DNA of 64,000 bases from Laetmonice hystrix. Taxonomy: Eukaryota. The notes under the pieces were generated by a model. That model searched no databases and was not told the DNA's origin. It saw only the letters and a list, made by a program, of their open reading frames with translations. Shown piece after piece: positions 1 to 12,187 of the stretch; position 1 is the stretch's first letter, and every line of letters starts with the position of its first letter. The DNA lies in contig OZ249437.1 in NCBI GenBank assembly GCA_965235115.1, positions 14,198,001 through 14,262,000 on the forward strand, written 5' to 3'. Position numbers and translations under genes: made by a program.

Positions 1-858
1 CCCTTGCCCCTCCCCTGCGGATGCCCATGACTGCCCCCTTGCGTATATTTATATGTAAAGTCTTAAAACAAATACAGGTAGGCCTACACCACGCTTTACA
101 CAGACGGGAGCTGATGAGCCAATCGTAGCGCTCCTCGCAATGTTCTTCCAGATTTTAAAACGCTAATCTGCTAATCATCAATTTTGCCAATCAATACGGT
201 AAGGCCACAAAATAACCGAGTACATTTAATTTAATTTAATTGTCCGGCCCCAGAAAATTTGTCAATTCGTAGGCCCTGTTTATAAACTTTAAATTCTACA
301 GACCTATTTTGAGCCAGCTACTACACCCCCGTCTATAGGTCTGACCCTGCCAGTAAAATATCTATAGAAGAACCGCATCCTGGAGGTGTTTACACGGTAG
401 GCCGAGGACTGGGTCTAATTAAGCGTAAGTATGCCTACAGAAGAATGTTACGGTTCTACATGCACAGATCTTGGCCCAGGGATTCGTGCGGGGTGGCAAT
501 TCAATCACATTTCTCCACAATACAGGCTGGTTTATTTAATTGACCGTGTAACCTCTAATACATGGAGCCAGCAAACTATTGTACCTCGACTGAATGGGTA
601 GCCTCGTAAATGGCAGGATTTACGGAACTTTTCCCATGCATATAATTAGGTGTCGCTCAATTAGAGGGGAAGATCCTTTACCGTAGAATACGACTTTAGG
701 CTGCAGCTTTGACGAAACAACACAAAAATAATTTCTCGATAATTTCGGCCCTAGGCTCCAAGAATACTCCACCATGATCTCGACCCGGAATAGGCCTATA
801 GGCCTAGGTCGTAGATAAATCGGCATATATATTATAAGCCCTATTTGGCTATTTTTAT

Positions 859-978
859 TTATTTAAGTTTTGACGATGCTGCAGTGCTTCTGAAACAGTT
901 GGTGCCACAGCGGCCTTTAATTTTGCCTCCATCAAGTTCACGATATTGAATACCACCAGCAATGACTACCGATGTCGA
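859..978 (-). CDS. Possible terminal exon of the SUEL-like gene (STSVVIAGG...SSKLK*)
   Basis: Acceptor tgtttcag| at 979, an open 120-nt frame ending in TAA overlapped by AATAAA; phase fits the TGC|gtaaag donor at 1724. No homology recognised. Confidence 0.25.
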   Translation of the reverse strand, partial: STSVVIAGGIQYRELDGGKIKGRCGTNCFRSTAASSKLK

Positions 979-1723
979 CTGAAACACCAATTTACAAGTC
1001 TCAAGTTAGTCTCCCCTCCCCTTACCAGAAAATCTTCCGGTGCCTATGTAAGCCTATACAGAATACTGATGATCTCTAACGCACTCTTAGACACACGATG
1101 GACTGGTATAGTGATAGGTAGGAACAGGCTTATTTTTGATAGAAAAACTTGTCTTCTCCTGCCCATGAAATTTGGTCAAAAGTAAAGATCCATACCCCTT
1201 ATCTCTAACCCCTAACCCCGGTCCCTACACCTCCCAAAAACGTACGATCCCTAGGCCTATCCTATCCCTACCCTATCCCTGACCTTATAGAGTCTAACCC
1301 AAACTCCCGCCCAAAAATTGTGTGGGGAAGTTAGACTGCTATAGTGTGGGGGAATAACCAAGTTTTGGCCCACTCTTATCCAAGTGGCAGGAAGGCCCTT
1401 GTGTCCGTCCCCTTTTTAACTACGTCCCTACCCTATACCCCTACTTTAGGCTAGATCTAGGCCTAGGACCTGCTCGTGCTAGCCTACACATCCTCACTTC
1501 ACTAAGACTATAGTCCAAGACCACCCCTTTAGGCCCTAGTCCTACGCACATCGAATTAAAGGCATGCCTATCCTTGTGATTCTTTAAGGGGGGGGGGGGC
1601 TGTAACGCGTAGGCTTACCAAGGGCTGTAGCTTCCACACCCTTTCCTCTATGAAAGCGCTGGTAGGCCTAATTATAGGTTCAGGCCTATAAAGGGTCTAC
1701 AGACCAGCATACGTACACTTTAC

Positions 1724-4297
1724 GCACATCATCTCAATATCAATGCAGTGTTGTGCACAGAGTTGTGTTTCTCCCATCACGTCCACTGGCCGCAGTTGGC
1801 AGGACTTCCGGTTGAAGCAGCGTCGGTTGACTCGTCGCAGCAAGGAGGTAGCGTTCTGTCTGTTGACGTCATCACCTTGACAACGAGGGTCCACTCCGGT
1901 TGAGATGGGATGGAAGTCTCTGAGACACGTGATCGTCTTACCATTCTCGCACACCTGCACGGTCGTCCAACCTGCAGGCCGCGCCAAATATTATGTCCTT
2001 TATGATTACGTAAGAGTGAAGACTGACTTATAATGACGTCACCATACCTTTTAGACTAAACATTAGGATTTGAATTTATTCATATCCTTCATTAATGTTG
2101 GACGATTACATATAATAGGCTTTAGGCCTACACATGATTGTTACGTAATGTTGGACGGTTTGAGCCCTCTACGACTTATAGGCTATAATGACGTCATCAT
2201 AGGCTACTTGTAGGCCAAATGCATAGACTAAGCCTATAACGGCAGGTAGGTTTACCAGGCACGTACCCAGGGGGGGGGGGGTTCCAGGGGTTCCGGAACC
2301 CCCCCCCCGGCCCCCTCCGGTCCCCAGGTCGACTGGTGCAAAAACACAGGTAGCCCCCGGGCAGCCCTCTTGTCCTGATGGAACCCCCCCGCAAGCACAA
2401 TCCTGGGTACGTGCCTGTTTACCTCTAGGCCCTAAGAGCTGTTTCTTGACTACTTTCCTATATGGGTGTGCTAGGGGGTCTGGGGTCCCGGCCATTTATG
2501 TTTCCCCAGGAAAAAGATTTGGAGTGCTTTATTGCCTTTTATACAAGAAACTTCCATGTGAGTAGCCTCCTGTTGCACAAAGTGTTTCCCAACAGTAAGT
2601 TCTAGACCAGGCCCCATGGCCCCCTGGGGGGCAAACCTTCGAACCCCCTGGATCCAGTCCTGTATAAATCTAACCCCAGTCTCAAGTCTGACTTCTTCAG
2701 TCCTATCCGCGCTCGTCTGTCTCGGTTCCTCCTTCTGTTTGCCTCTCCGTGACATCAAACATGCTTCAAAAACACGCCAGCCGGTTCAGTCGAACTGGGT
2801 TTTCAGTTTTTCTTAGTAAACATAGAATCTACATGTGTGCTCTCAGCTAGGTCAAAGTCTAAATATACTGATGATCCACAACATGATTTCTGAATCATTT
2901 TTGTGATCTGCCAATTATTGCAGGCTTTAGGCTACATTTCAGCGCAAACCCCACCTAAACTAAAGTTGCAAATTGCATTCAATATTGAGGCTAATCGTTC
3001 ACTTCCCAAAGTATCCGTTTAAACTCTACACGAACTGGCAAGGAAAACTCACGGATCACAGCGTTCTGTTGTGGGCCATGAAGCACCCCCTCTGCTTGGT
3101 TAACCTGGGCCAGGTTAACATCGCATGCATGGTTCCCGACTGTATACAGTAGCTACACGTGTTTTATGGCAACTTTTAGTATATCACGCTCTCGGCGTGG
3201 TGCGATAGCATGCCTGTGGCTGCCTCAGTCATGGTCCAAAACGTTCCTGCGTGTGTGTGTGTCGTTAGGCCTACAAGGTTCTACTCTTCCAGTTAGGAAA
3301 TTCCGTTGGCACACTCTTGTTTGTTGGATCGTATAATACTATTTTTTAAAGTAGTGGAGCACTTCCTTAAACTCAAACCTTTTGCAGGCCCACACAATTT
3401 CACATATGATACCACAGTCCAGAAAGTGAGTAAGAGAGAGACAGAGACAGACAGAGACAGACAGAGAGAGATAGGGGGAGATCAGAGCGTGATACTCTAA
3501 CTGCATGGGCAAGGACTATCAAATCTGTTTATCAAATATGTTATCAAATCCAGGAAACTATTACGGATGAAGTAATAATTTTTCCAGTGCCCCCTTGTCC
3601 GTCCGTGACAGACCATAGGCCTATTATATGAGCGGCATTGCTACATAATATCCCGGCCTACTCTACTTAATATAAGATTTGGCTAGAACCAGTTTCGACC
3701 ACGGATGAAACTGGTTTTGATGAAAGACGGAAGATGGAACATTAACATTCGTGTTTTTACAATTGCCCCCCCCCCCCCCCCATCCTACACAGGATTACTT
3801 TCTTGACAAGGTTATAACTTATGCACCCGTCTCCTAGGATAATACCAAAACACGGCCTAAGGGGTTGGCTACACATTTTACATCCATCCATCCATCCACC
3901 CATTCATAGCAAACAGTGAAATGTGAAACATCTTCCGGAACCACGAGATGACCCAGTGGCGTGTAGGCATGGATAGGCTACTAGCCTGTGATAAGGGAGG
4001 GGGCATGGCCTATATTATGAAACTTAAGGCAAAGGGAAATATTATGAAAGGAAGCTTCCTGTCTAAAGGCCTATAGGGGTTTGGCCTAGGCCTATAATAC
4101 ATGCATGTAGCCTACCGTATTTTGATCTACGGATCGTCAACAAGCTGGTGCATGACCCAAGCCAGCTCCCATTCAATAGCCCAGTTGAACGACCACCCAG
4201 GGTGAACAATCGACTCACCTGCGATCATTGTCACCACATGGATCTGCAGGTAAAGAAAGCAGCCCAGCGTTGTTTGTGGAGACGCGAGCGTTCCCAT
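1724..4297 (-). CDS. Putative secreted protein with a divergent SUEL-type (rhamnose/galactose-binding) lectin-like domain; exons 4219-4297 and 1724-1971
   Basis: Exon 1 (ATG 4297, GAG-ATG-G context) encodes signal-peptide-like MGTLASPQTTLGCFLYLQIHVVTMIA and ends at GCAG|gtgagt (phase 1). Exon 2 starts at ctgcag|GT TGG in matching phase and encodes WTTVQVCENGKTITC...SLLRRVNRRCFNRKSCQLRPVDVMGETQLCAQHCIDIEMMC, with 8 Cys spaced like SUEL domains. Family assignment is by eye only; the exon 2 donor (1724 or 1712) is ambiguous. Confidence 0.5.
2256..2417. mobile_element. Non-autonomous hAT-like MITE, 16-bp perfect TIR (CAGGCACGTACCCAGG)
   Basis: TIRs at both ends; flanking direct repeat TTTAC at 2251-2255 and 2418-2422 (also readable as a 7-bp GTTTACC with TIRs one base shorter). 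Confidence 0.8.
3432..3475. repeat. GA/GACA microsatellite
   Basis: gagagagacagagacagacagagacagacagagagag. Confidence 0.85.
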
Positions 4298-5870
4298 CTC
4301 CACGCTGACTTTGTGTCTCTGGCCGGTGCCGACGTCGTCAACGCGCGTCTGTGACGACGTGAGCGACTTCAGTCTTTTCTTATTACCCATCACCCCGTGC
4401 GGTCCCCGCGTGCACTCGACCATGAAGGGCAGTAAGATACGTGTAACCTGAACCGCGCCACTCTTATCATGACCCAACTCACACGCAAGACAAGTCTACA
4501 GGGATCTATAGGCCTATAGGCCATGTATCAGGAAAGTTAGGCCTAGCCTCTTCACACACAGCCTTTAGTCTCTTTTTGAATATTCCGGCTGACTTCCTGA
4601 CTTCTTCTAGAGTAGGCTAGGGCCTAATTCCCTCCCACCTTCCCCGAATTTTCTCCTTCAGTTCGTTCTCGGCGAATTTTTGTTTGCGACCTTTATAGAC
4701 TTTTTCAGACAGGGAATCCCAAATGGTGCCCATGGGGTTTAAGTCGGGACTGGCCACCAGTTTTTGGCAGGAGGCATTTCATACATTTGACGTCACGTCA
4801 TTCAGACAGTGGCAACAACCCTGCCTTATTGGGACACACACCAACAAAACTGGGTCATTCAACGCGACGCAATTTTTGACACGAATTTTTAGAAATGGCC
4901 CTATTTGAAGTTTTGACCCATTTACCACAGACCCCAAATAACCAAATGATATCATGTTCCAAATATTATGACATTGGGGTAAAAATTGTAGAAATTACAG
5001 TCAAGAGAAGAGTGTTCCAAAATTTTTTGGCCCACCCGATATATCTCAATATGAATTAGGCCTATTCACGATGTACAATGTATACAGTCTCCATTGATTT
5101 TAAGAAGGCTTTCGAAACAGCAAGAGACAAGATATAAATGGACTCCCTAGAAACAATGGACATAAAGGTACAATAATTCGAATGGTTGAAAAGTTACCTG
5201 TACAAGAGGAGTCACTGTGCGATTGCCAAAAGGTACTGATCAACTCGTTGGACAAAATGATCGTGGAGTAATTCAGGGTTCATACACAGGTCGGTCCTCT
5301 TTTTAATGATATTGATAACAAGATTAGGATTCAAAAATCAAGCTTTATACGATAACAGCACACAAAGTGTCCTTTAAATACGCGCATATAGATGTCTATT
5401 ACCAGGGAAGCTCAGCTATATAACAAGATCTTGAAAACAAGGGCAAATACAAGCCCTAAAAATATAGATCTATCCTGAGACAAAAAATGATGGTTGAGGG
5501 GACCTGTTCGACAACGGGACAATATCCGACCCCGGTTACATCAGTATTCCGTACTTGTATAGGGCCTAGCCTTGAACCAGCTGGCGGTATAGGTTGACAA
5601 GGTGGCGGGGGTGTAGACTTTGGCAGCCCCCCCCCCCCCCCAACACCACCATTTCCGCTATACAGACCGTGGTAAACGTGTGCGGGGAACAAGCCGATTT
5701 CTCCACGAAACAGAAAAACTATTGACCCAAGGCACCTACAGATGTCGCGTCGTGACGACCGGACGAGCAAGAATAGATCGCACAATGGGGCATGGCCCAA
5801 GGCGACGCGATATCACATCACAGTGCACCTTACCTTGCCGACAGATGCAACCCGGCTCTGGTCACACTAA

Positions 5871-6071
5871 CAGGGGCGGATTGGGGGGGGGGGGGTGCCG
5901 AATTCTTTTTATAAAAGCAGGATCCCTCCATACTGAAATTGACCAGACACACATGTGTCTATAGACTTCAGTATACACATATAAGCTAAATATTGAGTTG
6001 TAGGCCTATTCATCCATCATGCATGCACACACCTGTGCCCCATCCCCTCCGAAGAAAAATCTCCGCCACTG
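5871..6071. mobile_element. MITE with CAG(G/T)GGCGGA termini
   Basis: caggggcgga ... tccgccactg; flanks ACTAA / GCTAA (4/5 match, possible decayed 5-bp TSD). Confidence 0.65.
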
Positions 6072-6133
6072 GCTAAAAACATCACCAGCAAGGTGGTTAC
6101 CTACATAAACACTCCTAGACCCCCCCCCCCCCC

Positions 6134-6178
6134 CACCACCACCACCACCACCACCACCACCACCACCACCACCGCCAC
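6134..6178. repeat. (CAC)n microsatellite next to a poly-C run
   Basis: About 14 CAC units; accounts for the poly-Val ORF 6101-6352. Confidence 0.9.
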
Positions 6179-6626
6179 CGTGTGCTGAAACGATTTTCTT
6201 CTCTCAGTTACGCCATCATTATATTTTTTTTTTAAACCACGTCGCTTTCGCAAACATGCGTTGCTCATTTGGCAACAGAGGTGCACTCGGTTGACGTGGC
6301 CTGACTCTACATGGCGTGGAGTCCGACGGGGAGGGGGAAGGGGGGGGGTCACGGTCTAGTTGTCCGAGGGGTGTTTGCTGTCGAGCCGCCAGCGATCGTG
6401 GACGCCGGTTCTCCGAGTGTGGGGTGTGGGGAAGGTTGGGAAGAGGGTGAGTCATTATTACCCACGTTTTGCATAATGACATCACCTGTCATGAGCGACG
6501 GTCCTTGTTATTACCCCTCCGACTTCATACAAACACCCGCCTCAGGACATTTGTAATCTTAAAAGCGTGAACCCCCATTTTTCGATTTCAATCACTTAAC
6601 AAAATTATAGTGCTGGGTACCGACCC

Positions 6627-6795
6627 CAGGGCCCGGTTTTTAGTTCGTCATTTTACCAATCTTAAGACTGGAATTTTAAGACTGACTTGTGTTGGTTGAC
6701 TTCATTTGAAGGACCAATCAGAAGCTCTGAAACAAGAGTTCAGTCTTAAGATTTGAATCTTAAGACTTGGCTTGCAAACTAAAAACCAGGGCCAG
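6627..6795. mobile_element. Palindromic MITE (PIF/Harbinger-like GGCCC termini)
   Basis: ggcccggtttttagtt ... aactaaaaaccagggcc with internal inverted cttaagact motifs; TSD not clear. Confidence 0.6.
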
Positions 6796-9565
6796 GTCTC
6801 ATCAACGAACTATACCCTACTACTGTCAGTCGGTGTCCATAATAAATGAGGTCTATAGTACAATAAAGGTATTTGTTTTAAAGTAAAATGTTCGAAGCAA
6901 TATATCCCTACACCATCACACCTTTACCAGCACGCTGTTTGAGGATAGCACCGGAAAGAAAATTTCTATTTTCATTATTCATGGAAAATACGACTCCGTC
7001 ATATAATTAACACACACCTCACCTTACCACGTGGTTATTGAAGTTAACCAGGAAATACATCTGTATATCAACACGAATACAAGACAACATATTCACCCCC
7101 CCCCTCCCCCCTCCAATGCGGTTGCTTTTCGTATTCATTAGTTGAAAGGACACGACTAAGATACTGGTTGTTCTGAGGGTCAGTAAACTAATGAACTCCA
7201 CACTTCTGATACCACTGCAGTACAAACACCGACGTACACATAATATAATATATGTATTCTTTATTCATACAAATACACCTCGGTCTCGATGCACTCTGCT
7301 TTAAAACCACTCACACACATTTGGCTTGCCACTTCAGAATCTGTCACCTACTGAGCCTCCGAATCCACGGTGCCATAGCGACACATTCTCTGCCGCTACT
7401 GCAGTCTATAGATACACATTTATACATTATAAGATATTAGCACACCTTCTGTACACAGACTATGCCTCGCATCAACACACATTATATACTAAGAACCCGC
7501 GGTGTGATGAAGACGACATATGTAAGTGTTACACACCCTGACACTGTGTGCATCAACAACATTATATTATGTTGAGTAGTTGACGTACATTTCTCCACTA
7601 TGTTTGAAACCAAACATGCAATCTGCGCACAACAGGGCCCGCAATACGCCCGTACATGAAGCATACCATATTCACAAAATGCGCACTAGCACGTGACAGT
7701 GAAGAGCGCCCTACACATGTGTACAGCATACTGGTATGGGGGGAATGGCCTTGGGGCATGTAGTGGAGGCATGGCGGTGTGAACAATCTCCTCCTTGTCC
7801 TTTTCTATCTGCAATATTTTCTCCCCTCTATGTACAACTTTTGAACTGGACTATATGCTACAACCTAATCTACGGATCCAAACCATTCCTATCCCGACCC
7901 CTGTCCAAACCATTCCTATCCCGACCCCTGTCCACACCCCCACCCCAATACATCCACAAGTCAAACGAATGGAAGTCTGCCTTTATACATTATGGCAGGT
8001 CCTTCACGTCTGTCTATAAAACCATGTATGGTATAACGTCCCGTTTTCACTCAGCAAGCCCCCATACCTGACTACCTGACTCCTAGGGCTGCCTACGACA
8101 CCGTTCCTAATGTCTGACTGTTGACAGGCCCTGTTTACGTTGTTTACTTGAGCCCAGTAAGAGGTCACCATAGCTGGGGTGTGTTAGCAAGGTTATCGCT
8201 CAGATATATTGCTATTAAAGAGAACCAGTAAACTTGTCGATGGATTTAACGTACGATGTCAGAGATCGGATCCCTCACGGTCCTGGTCCATACAGTTGGT
8301 CTGAGAAGAACCACACAAGTTGTCATCGCATAAATAAATAATAGAAAAACTCGATTCATAGTGAATCGTCGAACGCTCGCTGGCCAATTCACCGCGATGG
8401 GCGTGGTAACATAGGGTACATCTTCGGGTTCTTTAACGATGCAAGGGAGGGCGGCTCAAAACGGGCAGGCTTACCGCTTCAGTAAGATTATGCGAGTTCC
8501 AGCCACCTTGACCCCCTCCCCTCTCCTAATTCCACTGACTTTTGTCATCCAGATAGATTACTTTGACAATTAATACCGCGTTTTTAAGTATGTGATCGTG
8601 TTTCTCATTTGATTAATAGAATGGAAGCAATCCCATTGCAAACTTTACAATGATCCTTGATCCAGTATTTCATGGAATCGCCTTTTCATCCAATTGTTGA
8701 AGTATATACTTGGGGACATTCGTATTTTCCTCCACAGATTTCTATTTTCTCCTGGATGCATACACCACGGAATCGACGAACTGATTTAGTCCTTATATTA
8801 ATTCATCTCGTCTCCCACATGAAGCCTACAGTCCATTCGGGATTCCCGCGGGTATTTTCACTCCCATGTAATACCTGATCCGGAACTTTGCGGCACTTCA
8901 CCACGCGAACTGAGTACTATAGACGTCACAAATGTCTCCCAATACATGCACCTGAGTCGGTTGGCATTCACTCATTCCCTGTTTGAAGTTCCTGAACCCC
9001 CCCGCCCCTCCTCCCCTGCCGCAATATTAGGCCGTGGGATATTTGTTCACACTTGTTCCACTAGAGGGTGCTGCACAACGCCACCTGGTGGTTTGCTGAC
9101 TAACGTTTAATACATTGGGCGACAAGACTTGCACCGTCAGAGATGAACTTATCTACGAGAAACCACGACTAGTTACCTCGATGTCTCTTTGGAAGAAAAT
9201 AGTGCGACACTCATTTAATGATGAATATTAAAGTGTATGTCTTAAAATAACCCAGTTTACTCTCATTATTATTCCTTAGCCCATCAAAGCCATCAAACAT
9301 GAAATATGCAAACGCACACAGAGGGATAGTTTTGCACCCTTCTTCAATCCCTATACGGAAAGCAGGTCTTATTTTACTGTTAATTCCTCAGGGTACTCGC
9401 TTCCATCTTTGACGTCCCTCTCTATGGCCACCTCACCACAACACTGGCCTGGCATTGCGAGGACTGCCCTCTACCGGACAGAATCTACAACTCTGCAAGT
9501 CCTCCAGGCTTGGCGAGTTGGGTTCGTACACATGATCCCAGACATCACTAACATTGAGAATTCGC

Positions 9566-9714
9566 CAGGGGCGGATCCAGGATTCTGGTAAAGGGGGGGG
9601 GTTAAGGGGGAGAATTTGCATAGGGGGGCTAAGCATGGTTAATTCAGAAAGTTTAATGGAGAAACAAGGGAAATTGGCTGGGAGGGGGTTAAACCCTCCC
9701 TGGAACCGCCACTG
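9566..9714. mobile_element. MITE with CAG(G/T)GGCGG(A/T)TCCAGG TIRs
   Basis: caggggcggatccagg ... cctggaaccgccactg; flanks TTCGC / TTCAC (4/5, CpG-type change). Confidence 0.7.
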
Positions 9715-12187
9715 TTCACCTCTCAGACTCTACTGAATTTTTACCCCCTTTCCCTTCCTTTCTTGAAACCATTAATAAACACATATCTCTATAAAATCCC
9801 ACTTTCTTTACCTAAATATCGCCACCTCGCTTCCACTGCCCATTCCCCACCTATTAATTCACCAACATCAGGATGCAGTTCTGCTCCGGCAGGCCTGGGT
9901 ACAAATATATAGCAAGAACAGATAGGGGGCCGTAGCCACCGACAATGGCGGTTACGAGTACAAGTTTTAAACTGTATTTCTATTACTCTTCTATTTTGGC
10001 ACATAGCACACACTTCAGCGGCACATCACAAAAAACATGTTCATTAAGTTAGTCTTCATCTCGATCACCTGATCACAGTCCAACTCTGACCCCAAATCTT
10101 TCTCTGTAGAATTTCACCACCCCAGACCAACCACACGCTGGTCTGGGTGTCATACAATGCATATTCCGCAAGGACTCCTCATAATATGGGCCATGGAGTG
10201 ATACAATGAGTGAATAGCAACAATGGGCAAAATGAACACCAACGAGCCAGTCCTGTGGAAGACAACCACTACCGCCACCTACTGGGTAAAAACAACCTGC
10301 TTCACTTCCATTCAATACCCTAGTCTCCGGCGCTTGTTACTTACTACTTACTCCCAGTGACGCCAACAATGATCTCATTGCGGCCTGATGCTATCCATCT
10401 ACTGCCGATCATGGGTGGTGGGGGAAGAACATACTGCTCAAACAAGTCTTTCTGTAAGTTGGGGAAAAAAGTCTATGCCCGTGTGCTGAAATGTAAGCAC
10501 ATGCCATGAAATACATATTCAAGCAAGCATTATCTCACTCACGCACGCATTCTTAACTTGACATTGGACTAAACACTTGCCAGACGTTCTCAGAGAAATG
10601 AAACTTTCACAGTAGTACCCCAGCTGGTAGGTCTTTTAACTGTTTACACAATGTGCTCAAACTGTACTTTGCATCTTTGCGGAAGGGGGCACAGTAGTAC
10701 ACAGTAGTATAGATTTTATGAAAGAGACTCCCCAAAAGATCCTGTAATGTAACCCTTAAATTCGCACTACATAAGTGTTGCGCACAGATATACATCAATA
10801 TTATATGGTACAATGGTTACTGATGGGTATAATTTAAAAAAAATCAAACTTGCTTGTTTACTGGGGAAGTTGATGTGGTGCTCGAGATGAGGTTTGTTAC
10901 GTCACCGTCATGTTTTTAACGTAACAGTGACGTGTTTTACGTCACAGTGTAGACATCAGAGTTTTCTCCCCAGAGACCTGCACACATCCCAAGGTCAGAG
11001 GTTCTCAAGGTCACGCCTGTATCACTCACGTTAACCGGTACGTTCCGTTTTAACAGATCACTAAATTACTCAAATCACAGCATCCGTCCCATCCAATATC
11101 AGTCTCTTTACCCGCTGACGTTGATCTCTACACTCCACTACTGTCCTGAATACACTATGTTTTGGCTCTTTTTTTTCTCTCTCTCTCCAGGGGAAACAGA
11201 CTGAATTATATTTCTATCTAATATTTCCACACACCTCATCCGTTATACGGTGCTACAATGATGGTGTACGACATAGCTCCCTAGCTAAACATACAACGTA
11301 CAACATTTTGATAAAGTTTGAAGGTTATTGAACGTTCCTATCCATGACTATCACGCGTGCACTGTTAATCCTTCCATGTTACCATCACAGACTCATAAAT
11401 ACAGTACAGTGCACAACCAAGAATATTCTTCCTTAAAATATCAATAGAGCAAATATATCTTCATTTCTGTAGAACCGTGAAAATGTGGGTGATGCGAATG
11501 CCATCATTACGAGTTAAGATCATTGGCCACATTTTACATCTGTCTCAGGTCCCGTCCTGAATCTGTTAGAGCTTCAGTGATTGGTCAATTGTCCTTCAGG
11601 TAAAATTCCACTCCACAAGTTGGTCCTCTACAACAGTGCCACCTGGTGTGAATTTTTAGCTGCATCTCGATTGCCATTTATTATTGACTGACTTTAATAT
11701 ATTTACAAATAGCGTCTCATGGACCAGCTCTGTGGGAATAATTCACTTATAACATTTTCCCCTGATCCCCCTATCCAAGTTCAGAAAAAATCAGAACTGA
11801 GATAGAGAATTAATTGATCAAATTAATGAAATTTATTTACCTTACAAATAACAAAATAAAATGTTAGTTATTTTTTAAATGACCTGCTTTCATAGAACAT
11901 GGATAGAAGATCTTATTTTAGTTGTATTTTTTAACAGGATACTATAATACCATGATAAAAACCCTGTCAATATAATATTTTTCTGGAAAGCATCACCTGT
12001 AGAATCAAAGCACCACTTTCATACTTTGCGACACGTCGACTCAAACTCAATGTTCTTCTGTGACCTTCATTAAGTCATGTAACTAGGTCAACCTGGTCTT
12101 GAAAGTAGGTCACCACAATTGAAGTTCGACAGAAAGCGATTCGACTGCCCTGTTTGATGTGTCTGTCACCAGGTGGCGTTCCTATAG

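Noticed and set aside
6101-6352. Poly-Val/Gly ORF
   Set aside because: Translation of the (CAC)n and poly-C microsatellite.
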